Origin: Hydrolagus affinis
Lineage: Eukaryota
Reading direction: 5' to 3'
Length of the DNA: 64,000 bases
NCBI GenBank assembly: GCA_012026655.1
Contig: JAAILG010000625.1
Location: 1-64,000, forward strand
Shown: piece by piece, positions 11,766 through 64,000 of the stretch
How the letters are laid out: every line of letters begins with the position of its first letter
How positions within the stretch are numbered: the first letter of the stretch is position 1
Position numbers and translations under genes: made by a program
Notes under the pieces: model-generated
Database searches by the model: none
What the model was told of the DNA's origin: nothing
What the model saw: the letters and a program-made list of their open reading frames with translations, nothing else

Positions 11766-13647
11766 TTAAAACTGAAGCACTTCGAGAAATTTTGATGCGA
11801 ATAGGTATTTTTATTAAAATGCAAAGAATGTCATTATTTCTAAAGATAAGTATTGTGTTTCAAGAAGGGATATGCTGAATGTGGAAGATCTATGTGTAGT
11901 GTAGTGAGCCCATCAAAAGTTAATTGTGCAGTTCTAACATTCATGGTGAAGTAAGTATCCACTGCCTGCTTTATACTTCCTCAGAGCCAGCTGCACTAAT
12001 TATCTAAGAGTGATCATTTGGATTTGTCAACGGCAATCTCATGGTTTCATTCTGCTAGGTAACACAAAATCATGGGACACTGCAGCAGTTTTTTGATGGA
12101 AAAGTGTAACCTATTTTAGTTATTGCTTATCTTGTATTTTGTTGAAGCACATACACATTCTAGCATATTATCAAGGGAAAAACTGTCATACTGCATTGTT
12201 CATACATTCCTAAGCAGAAAATGTGTCAACTGTTCATTTATAAAATATTGTACTGCAGGTAGTACAGTTATCACCAAATGGTTTCAATTCAAGTTTATTC
12301 ACAGCTACTGAAACTTTGCTGTATTTAAAAGTGTGCAATGTGATGTAGAAGAGGCCTGTTTTCAAATATCTGCTGCAATAAATAAGTTAATGTTCAAACA
12401 ACAACATTTTCGTGGAGTTAAATAATCTGGTAAATGTTTTGATCATTCCAGCTGTGGTTTTATTATTGATATGGTATTGAATGACCTTTGAAAAAATATG
12501 CAGAAAGTAATTCTGCAGATTCTATATTTTCTATAGCTTTCCATTGCTCTTGGTTTTGAAGTTCTCTGAGCTAGAATGTTTTTTTTCACTTTGTATGTGC
12601 TGTTGTCAAAGTAGTTTAAAATGAAGTACTGTAGCGTGTCAACCATACATCACAAAATCATGAGAGGTATGGATGACCCATTCAATCTCATCCAACAGAA
12701 CACAAACATTACCATCCTCACACTACTTCACTATCAAGCTGCTTCCCAAATGAGATCAGCATCCTGGCTTCTTTCAGAAAATCAGTATCTCACACAATTT
12801 CTAGCAATAATCTGTTAAAACGATTTGTGTACCGAGGTTGCTATTGAAATTTAATGTCTTCATTTTCAGGAAGGCATGGCGTGTTAGTTTTGTAATGCAT
12901 TTAGCAATGACCACTGTTAGGCTGTTAGGACATAAGAATTGTGGTTTAGTTTGTGGCAACACACTGCAGAGATATCAACCCACGATATCTCAACTCAGCA
13001 TCTCAACTAGCCCTAAGTAAATTATAGATAGGTTCATTAAAGAATGCAAATTATGTATCAGGTCAAATGTAATTTTTGATCAGTGGAATAACAATGAAAC
13101 AAAAATGATCGTTGCAGTGAACTAAGATGTTTTACTTAATCTGTTTCCTTCTCTCTCCCCATTCCTCTTTTCCCTACGGAAAAAGATCAGATCGGGTCTA
13201 TATTACAAATTGCTCTATCTTGCTTGGTTACAGAGGTTCACTGTTTAAATCAAAATATAGGTTTACTTGAGTGATGTGTTTTGAGGAAGTTTTGTATGAC
13301 CATTGCCACATACTGCAGTTTGGTTTAAGCAGAACATGTACTAACTGGCAAACAAACCAATGAATAAATCCATTAACTGTCATGATCCATAATAGGCAAC
13401 TGTGCAGTGTATGCTTGAAACTATGCAGCAAGTCATTTGGCACAGTGCCATGAATTTAGTGGTGTACAGGGCTGAGGTAACTCTAGCACTAGATGGGGCT
13501 ATTGTGGGTCAATATGAATGATTTACAGTTGCTATGGACACTGAGTATTGAAAGATGAGATGGTACTGTATTCGCAAATACAAGTATACAGTAGTTGGCC
13601 TATAAATTCCAAGTTTGAAAAAGCTTGCATATTATTATTTAATCTAA

Positions 13648-55909
<42,262 letters not shown>

Positions 55910-57400
55910 AGCAAATGAACTCGTCCACAAGCTGGAGCTTAGAATTTTGGAAGATCAGCAAATCGCGCCACCTTAAAAGACGGACTATCAAAGAAAAGTA
56001 ACACCTTACATTTTGTGCACAAAAAACACTCACAGTAGAATTTGTTGACTGATAGTAATTTCTTTAATATGGGATACAGAAGACATTTTTTGTGGAAAGG
56101 ATGTAACACTGTTACTGTGTAAACCACTGTCCTGTTCCATTAAAGCTTGGGAATGTTAAATACAACCTAAGCAGAACAAGAAGCCGTTAGTAAAAAAAAA
56201 CTGATGCTTGAGGTTTACTATATTTATCTCGTAGTTGTTAAAAACCTGGGTGATTGTAATTTCTGCATATTTGAATCCTTCAGAAATCTTTGCTGAAATG
56301 ATTACATAGCCATACCTGCTTGTTACTGGTAACTTTTTTGCATGTTGTTTTCCTTCGATAAGCAAATGTTACTAAATGTTAAAATATCATCCTTTGTAAA
56401 ATGTTCTGCTAATTCAGTGTTTTTATTTCTGTATTCCTCCTAAACGGGGGGGAAAAAACACATCATTGTACAGAAAACATACTATATCGCACCCCTTTTA
56501 TGAATTATGAATTTCTGATTATTAAATTGTTACAAAGCACCAGCTGTTCCAGGAAGTGAAAAAAATTGGTAAAATGCCCTGGGAAGTAAAGGAAAGAGCT
56601 ACTATTTACAGATTAGAGATACAGTACATGGAGAATGTTACTTGTATCATCCATATTAAAATATTTTTTTGGATCCTTTAAATATTACAATATTTTGGTC
56701 GTCTTCTTTCCCCTTTAATCTGCATGTGCTCAATTCAACTTGTATAATATTAAATTGCGTACATTTTGTATAGCAGTCTGAAATCACTTTATCCACAAGA
56801 CAAATATAACTTGCATGAAATGAAATACTAGAAATGAATTTTACTATCCAGTTGATTGATTTTCTTTTATTGTATCAGGGATAACTTCTCATTTTATTAC
56901 GAAAAGAATGAATAATAATAATCCTTACATTTGGTATAGCGCTTTTCACGTCTTCTAGGCGTCTCAAAGCACTTCACAGAATATATTGTAAAGTGAATTG
57001 ACTATTTTGTGGGTGAAACGCAGCAGCCAATTGTGCAAGGCAGCATCCCACAAATAGTCGTGAATTGAAATGACCAATTTTAGTATTTTTTTAAGAGGGA
57101 TTATTATCAAGCGTGTGGAGTAAGAAAACTTGCCCAAGGTTTCGCCCTGACCTGCCTGGAGTCGAACCCAGGTCTCTTGTAAGGCAAGTGGTCTAACCAC
57201 TGAGGTACAGGACTCCACAATGGGAAGGAGGGAGGGGTGGAACCAGGAGATATTAATGTTCGCCTTGAATGTAATTTACTTGTGCAAACATTTGAGCATG
57301 TCAATGGCATGCAGTGTTTATCAAAATAATTTGAAGATGCTCTTGAAGTTCTTCCAAAAGCTGTGTCCATTTACAATAAATTATATTTCACTGATGACTT
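55910..57400 (+). other. AGPS: Putative AGPS 3' UTR (end uncertain)
   Basis: AT-rich sequence after the stop; ATTAAA at 56139 and 56521; first AATAAA I found is at 57375-57380. Confidence 0.45.
56911..57219 (-). mobile_element. tRNA-derived SINE, short subfamily, full length
   Basis: (aat)n tail through head taaccactgaggtacaggactccaca. Confidence 0.93.
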
Positions 57401-58035
57401 GAATTTTTGGCATCATCACACAGGTGAAACTAGTGTCATAACTCAGGCATTTGTAATTATGGTAATGGCAGGCTATTGTAATTGAGTATTTGATTATTTC
57501 TGTTTTCAGTTGTTTCAGATTCCTTCTTCCTCTTAAAGAAAACTTGATCAGCAAGTTATGTCATGTTCCTTCATCCAAGATGATGAATTGTCATTTCATA
57601 CGTCAATACATCACTGGGTTGAAACTTTGAGTTAAAACACAGCAATGCACATATCAGTCATTTAGTAGAAGTAATGCCAGCTCTAACATCAACAGTTTTT
57701 AAGCCAGCTTCTATGCTGGTTCTTGTTCATGCTCTAATTGCTGAGCTCATTTTAAAAATAATGTGCAAAGGCGGAACTTGTCGTTCATTTTACATTGTCT
57801 GCGCTGCTAGACTTAGGCAAGTTTCTCTCGAGAGCTAAAGAGACAGTTTCTACTCGCATTATGTGATCCTCAGCAAAAGCAGGAGGAGATCATTCCATCT
57901 TGCAGATTAGATAACTCAACAAAAATTCCTCAAAAAGCAAAAGTTTAAGATGCCGACATTTGGCTCTTCCAATGTGTAAGTGAATAAGTGGGTGAGCGGG
58001 TGGGTGAAAATCAGCCTGAAAACTTCACTGCTGGT

Positions 58036-58200
58036 GAATCATAGAATCTTACGTCACAAAAGGAGGCTATTCGGCCCATCAAGTCTGCCAGCTCTTTGAA
58101 AAGAGCAATTGAATCCTACTCCCCACGCGTAACCATAACCACGCAAACCCGTCCTCCCAAATAAATGTCTACCTCTTAGAAGTTGTCGAATCGTTTAAAA
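58036..58200 (-). mobile_element. CR1 3' end, antisense
   Basis: atcatagaatcttac...aggaggctattcggcccatcaagtctg, typical reverse complement of a CR1 tail. Confidence 0.7.
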
Positions 58201-58652
58201 GTTGTTATCGAATCAGGATCAAATTTGAAGATGGAATCGAATTGTAATGATATTTACAGTCAAATTTCATGACAATACTGTCTGGGTTCAAACGTGAAGG
58301 AAGGTTATATACAGAGTGTACCCGTGAAACTGCAGGAAAAGAGAGCCTTCAGGAAAGGTGACAAAGGGGAGAAAATGAGCGGAGGATTCTCCCAGTTTTT
58401 ATTCTGTTAAAAATGTTAGTGTGAAATTCAAATTTCTAAAAAGAAAAATGCCAAAAGGCATAAAAATAAAGGTACAAAAATACATTTGTATAGCATGTGT
58501 TTTCTGATCTGATTGGAGTCTGTGGTGTCGTCATGCTGGTTTTCCACACTGATATTTCTTGATTGTTGAAGATGTCAACTAATATTTCCCAATTACTGGT
58601 TACCTTGAAACATGCAGGGAACAAATTGCCTGTTTGCATTCTTAGTTGAGCA

Positions 58653-58720
58653 GAGATTACATAGTACAACACAGAAATGGGCCATTCAGCCCAACATGCT
58701 GATGTTTATTCTCCACATAA
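58653..58720 (-). mobile_element. CR1 3' tail fragment
   Basis: acaacacagaaatgggccattcagcccaaca. Confidence 0.6.
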
Positions 58721-60689
58721 CAGACATTTGGGGCTAATCATTTCTGTTTATTGATGGATATATATGAGGAACTGAGGTAACATCGATCTTATAGCCTCTG
58801 GTGAGAGAATTGATTTTTGGATCAAGTAGAGTGGGACTTATACGTGGATTTTTGTATCGAATTTTGACCCATAATATAAAAAGCATGCAACACAATTTAC
58901 ACACACGGGGATAACAAAGCTGCAAAACTCAATTCATTGAGACTATTTATTGACTTGCACAACATATTACTCCCACTCTCCGTATAAGTAGACCGTCCTC
59001 TTCGGCCATGTCCTTGTTCACCCTCCTAGCCTCCCCTCGTGATCCCAACCACCAGCTCAGGTGCAGATCCCTGACTGTTCAGACCCTTGGGATGTCCTGA
59101 CATGAAAGGTGCTTTACAAATGTAATGTGTTGTATGTAGGTTTAAACATATGCTCAAGAGTGAAGGCACCTTGTGGAATGCAGCTTCCTCTGGAATCAAG
59201 TGCATATTGTGGGGAGTTTCTCTGGATAACGCCTTCCATTATGATGAGATGAGTTTACTCAATGGTCTCACCTGTGCTGGCTTCCCATTAGCTCCAGATC
59301 AAACTGGACTAATAATTGTGAAGTGAAGCTGCTTCCACTGATTTAATCCCTTGATTAAAAGGGATTTGAAACCTTGAAAAAGTGCTTCCATGCTGCCTTC
59401 CCCAACCAGCCATCCTGTGAACCTGGAGTCTTGTAAGTTAATTCTGAATTATTGGCGATTATTGATTTTGCTGAGGGAGATGAGGGAGGGATGAGGGAGT
59501 TGTAACTATACTATTCACCCAACTCAGATAACTTTAAACCTAGATACAGTAACTTGCGTTCTTAGGAAATTGTCCCACGGCAATACCATTATAACAAAGC
59601 TTCTGACTGTCCCAAATTCAACCTGTTTACAAACTCGGAGAGTCTCCTAACTTGCTCCCAGATCTATGTAATGAGCTAAAGAAAATCTGAATCTAGAAGT
59701 AACTCTGAAGTAGTTTCATGAAAACTATTGATGTGATCCAGCCAGAGGCACTTAATTGCTGTTTACATAAAGGCAAACCTACTGCTTGGTGCTCAATAAT
59801 CCTATGATACTGTGCATACAGTATATTGATACAAGGTGATCAAAAAGTTGTGATACCATTACAATGTCTCATAAATCTTAAAGAAATTATGATTTTTTTA
59901 GATAATAGGGAAGAGGCTAGCTAAGAAACAAGAAACTTGATTTAGTCACGGGGAAATTAGGTTTGATTTTTTTGCACTGGCCATTTGTCTGTGACGAAAC
60001 AAAGTATTATTGAAATAAACGGTATAGTTTATTTTTGGTCACTCTACATAAGGTGCCCAATGACATCTGATGAAATAATCCATTCAAAAGAAAGTTGAGG
60101 ATGATGGATTAATTGAGCCGTTATAAATTATTTGTTTCCATTCTACCCCCTTTGGTTGCAGGTTAGAGGAGATTGGAATAAATAATTTATACCCTGAGCT
60201 TTTCTGTGAATGTTTTAATTTCACAAAGATGCTATGATTAGATAATTTGGCTGATATAGCTACCTGTATTAATGGAAACTTTGAATCAATCATTTAAACT
60301 TCCCTGTAAGCTTGGGCGCCTTGTGCGTTTAACACTAATCTATAAATAACTTGATTTGTAGAATATTGGCACTTGCTACATTTTTTAGAAAAAACTTCCA
60401 TGCTGGTGAAGTGAATGACAAATTGATGACATGAACAGATTCAACCTTGATCAGATTTGGAACATTATTGCTGCAGATTACATACGCTGTTTACATACAA
60501 AATGGCCATTGCACTCATTGTATTTGATGCTTTCAAACTGCAATACTGTATACCAAATGCAAGGATTATTATTATAGATGTGATAAAGCATTTTACCAAA
60601 TCAAATGTTCATTGCCAGGTATTTATTCACAATCAGGATTTGGAGACTGCCAGAGGCTGAGTCTGTTTTGTCATTTGTTCAAACATCTT

Positions 60690-60856
60690 TGACTGTGCCT
60701 TCTGCTCCCCTCTTAACTCGTCCACCTCTCCTACTCCCCTTCCCCCTACCCCGACCCTTCCCCCCGTGGTTGGGTCCCGACCTGACTGTTCAGTGCTTTG
60801 GGACGTCCTCCCGATGTGAAAGGCGCTCTATAAATGTAATTTTGTTGTTGTTGTTG
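60690..60856 (+). mobile_element. Second L2-family 3' end
   Basis: Pyrimidine-rich UTR, then tgactgttcagtgctttgggacgtcctcccgatgtgaaaggcgctctataaatgtaat(ttg)n. Confidence 0.85.
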
Positions 60857-61350
60857 ATATCAAATAAAAATCCAGCAGCTGCACCCAATATGTACGTCTT
60901 CAGATCTTTCCAAACAGAGGAAATCGATGTGCAGTAAAAGGATTAGGTATAATAAAATGCATATACCCTGCTGCTGTCCTCTGGAACTGCAATATCAACC
61001 ATATTTTTAGTTTGATTGAATTGGAGTGCCAATTACCGCAAACTATTTGGGAAACAGATTTTGAGATCGCAACTGTGAAACTTAACTTCCCAAAGCTTCC
61101 CAACTTCCCAAAACTATTCACAAAATTGAACCTTCCCGTGCTTGAAATGGACTGAAGATTATTATCTGGAAGCCATACGGAGTAGTGTTTGAGATTAATC
61201 TTTCAATTCATTTGCCATGAATCTTGTAAAAAGAGATTGTAGAGAGAGATTGAAACACAGGTAGCTTGGATTTAGATCATGTTAGCACTGGAGAACAGGA
61301 AGATCCAGAGAAACATGAAGAGAAAAGAGCAGAAATGACTGGAAATAGAG

Positions 61351-61625
61351 GGTTCAGTGGTTAGAGCACTCTCCTTACAAGTGAAAGAATCAATTCCAGG
61401 CAGGGCGAAACCTTAGGCAAGTTTCTTACTTCACACACTAAATAATAATCCCTCAAAACAAAATTGGTCATTTCAATCCAATACTATTTGTGGGACACTG
61501 CTTGCACAATTGGCTGTTGCGTTTCGCCCACAAATGTACAGTCAATTCACTTTACAGTACATTCTGTGAAGCGCTTTGAGACGTGAGAAGCGCTATATCA
61601 AATGGAAGGATTATTGTTATTGTTA
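61351..61625 (+). mobile_element. tRNA-derived SINE, short subfamily
   Basis: tcagtggttagagcac head to gcgctatatcaaatggaaggattattg tail. Confidence 0.9.
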
Positions 61626-62558
61626 CATCTGCTGGTGGGTGCAGTAGTGAAGATACAGTATTTCATTTGCAAAAGAGTGTGGAAATCACAGTTGATTCCT
61701 CTTTTGACGTTTGATATCCATTACCTAATTTTGATTTAAGGACAGCAATTGAACTTTTCTCGTAAAGCATGTCCTACCATCCAGATTTGTAGGGTTTCCC
61801 CACTCCTCCAGGGCTAAAACTGTGACCAAATGATTGTCCTCGAAGCATTTAATTGCTTTATCCTGTGTGGCAAACATGTATGTACTTCACATATTGGTCT
61901 CTGCAGCAACGTTTCAAACTAAGAGGTGTTAGTTCCTCCTAGAATAGTTAATTTCTATGCGGTTTAGAAAATTCCTATGCGTGTGAACTGTAAAAGTTGG
62001 CAGTTTGTCCAGAACTGAATGGAAATTAGATATATTTGTAAGATGATTCAAATTGTTTTTTTTAATCAATGACTTCTATATAACAGCAGACTAAGGAATG
62101 GGTGAAGACTTGTGGCGTTTAAGCACCATCACATTTATTAACCACTTCTTTTTCCCAGGCTTGCCTGAAGCATTCTAAGGAGACTTATCATTGGAAATGC
62201 TTTTTGACATTGAAACTCACACTCAGTAAGGAAGCGTCTGAACCACAAAATGTGCAAAATATAGATAGGCAGCCCCTGGGGAAATTCCAGAGTTCATTCA
62301 TTTCAACTTTAATAATTGAGCAAATTCTTTCATAGGAAGATGAAAACAGTTAATCATTCAATTGTGGGCTGCTTGGCATTTCTCATTTGAGCTGTAATTT
62401 CTGCTGCTATTAGCCTAACATGGGAGGACATTACCTTTAACAGTCTTATTTGAGTGTTAATTGGCTTTTGTGTGCGTTGGAAAATATCTTGGACCTGATT
62501 TAAGGTTTGGGACATCCTCCCGATGTGAAAGGCAAGGCACAATGACAAATATTATTTT

Positions 62559-62685
62559 GTTCTGACAATGGGTCGTGGACCCAAAACGTTGACTCATTTT
62601 CTTTGCTCCATAGATGCTGCCTGACCCTTTGAGGCAGTGTCTTCTGTTTTTGTTTCAGATTTCCTGCACCTGCAGTGTTTTGTGT
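62559..62685 (+). mobile_element. Penelope-like element terminus with a decayed minimal hammerhead motif
   Basis: ctgacaatgggtcgtggacccaaaacgttgac...ctccatagatgctgcctgacc...ttctgtttttgtttcagatttcctgcacctgcag resembles the chondrichthyan Penelope terminal repeat as recalled. Confidence 0.7.
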
Positions 62686-63711
62686 TCTGTTAATGTTGTT
62701 CTGGTTGAACTTACTTAGGTAGCATTGAAGAAACAAAGCTGGCTTTAGTCTTGAAAGAGTAAGATTGGGTTGTGCTTTGTTCATTATTACCCCATGTCCT
62801 GCTTTAATGTTTCTCAAGTGATATGGGGGCACCTAATTCTAGCTGAGGTGAAGTTGTGCTTGACTAACATCTGTTTGGAGAAGTAAAGATGAGTCAAAGT
62901 TAATACGTTTCTTGGAATGTTTATGAAATTGCAGCTATTGCCACCAATTTAAACTTGTAAAACTAAGTGCAAATCCCACAACAGGGTTCTTTAAACGATC
63001 AGGAAAACAAGGTAATGGTTCAAACAGAGCTTGATCCTTTAGTTAAGCAAATATTAAACATGGATTCCTTCTTCATTGCACTCACAAACTAAGGCTAGCA
63101 GGTTGCTCAAAAGTCCTGCCTACCTGAATTTAAAATGAAGGTGCCTGAAACATTGAATTTAAAGTGGCTTTGCTTTCCTTTGCTTAGTTACTATAATGGT
63201 TGAAAACAAAGTCGGTTGGGAGTATTGGAAAAGTGGGCATTTGTATACTAATACAAGGAAAACGGGTGAATTTCTTGCAGCAAACCTTGTACAGTAACAA
63301 ATCCTGTACAACAATTTTACATTGATAGACAGTTGTGCCTTTCAAACTGAGAGGTCACCTCTAAATGTTTAGTCTCAAAAGGTATCTCTAATCCACTGGA
63401 GATGATTACTGCAGATTCTATATTTGGCTCATTTAGTTAGTTTATGAAATTTTCAGTTAAATACAGCTGTTGGGAAAACTCCCAAAATAACTTGACCATA
63501 GTGCTTTATAGGCTTGGTGTGAACTAACACCTCAATTTGCCACATTTTGTGAAATAATACACATTTCCCAAATGAGAAATTAAATAAACACAAGCTTTCA
63601 AAAAAGGTTTGAAAAAGGTTTCAAAAAAGCTTTCAAGTAAAGAGTAGTAATACCCAGCACCGTAACAATATTAACTTGATATAAAAAGCAATTTGGATTA
63701 GAATAGTTATG

Positions 63712-63990
63712 TGATATATTGTCACATTGTCGCAATGCCTCAAAGCAATTCACAGATATACTTAATCTGAATTGATTGTATATTTTGAGGGCAAAATGCA
63801 GCAGCCACTTTAGTGACCAAAAATATATATATTTTTGAAGGGATTATCAGCCCCAGAAAACCGATCCGCAAGTTGACTAACAAGCAGTTTCCTACTTACT
63901 GGTAGGTACACAGAGGCGTGTTGGAGTAAGGAAATATGCCTGATGTTTCCCCTGCCTCGGATTCGAATCCAGGTCCTCTCACTTGCAAGG
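63712..63990 (-). mobile_element. tRNA-derived SINE, long subfamily
   Basis: Reverse complement carries the central cagtaagtaggaaactg block as at 3959; B box ggattcgaatcc. Confidence 0.85.
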
Positions 63991-64000
63991 ATTCACAGAA

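Noticed and set aside
63593-63636. Imperfect agctttcaaaaaa repeats as a CRISPR-like or regulatory array
   Set aside because: Short slippage repeat without spacers, in eukaryotic DNA.
57400-64000. Neighbouring gene exons (TTC30 or PDE11A, expected from human synteny)
   Set aside because: I recognised no matching coding sequence on either strand. An untranslated overlap cannot be excluded.

Overview
Vertebrate genomic DNA (AT-rich, repeat-rich, one 100-N assembly gap), not prokaryotic. The window holds coding exons 2-20 of AGPS (peroxisomal alkylglycerone-phosphate synthase) on the + strand. I traced 19 exons by hand (13743-55909, 1717 coding nt including the stop). All have GT-AG boundaries, keep frame, and match the human exon sizes and catalytic residues as I recall them. 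Exon 1 (PTS2-bearing in other vertebrates) is not in the window. Introns and flanks contain a tRNA-headed SINE family in at least three subfamilies, older Deu-domain SINEs, 5'-truncated L2 and CR1 LINEs, a TA-flanked Tc1/mariner (Tigger-like) MITE family, and a Penelope-type terminus with a decayed hammerhead ribozyme. The repeats point to a cartilaginous fish, probably a holocephalan; this is inferred from recalled consensus sequences, not from a search. Almost all supplied ORFs are spurious. I found no convincing new protein-coding system. The best leads are TE architecture and chronology, the dead hammerhead, a candidate 6-nt microexon and candidate regulatory elements.
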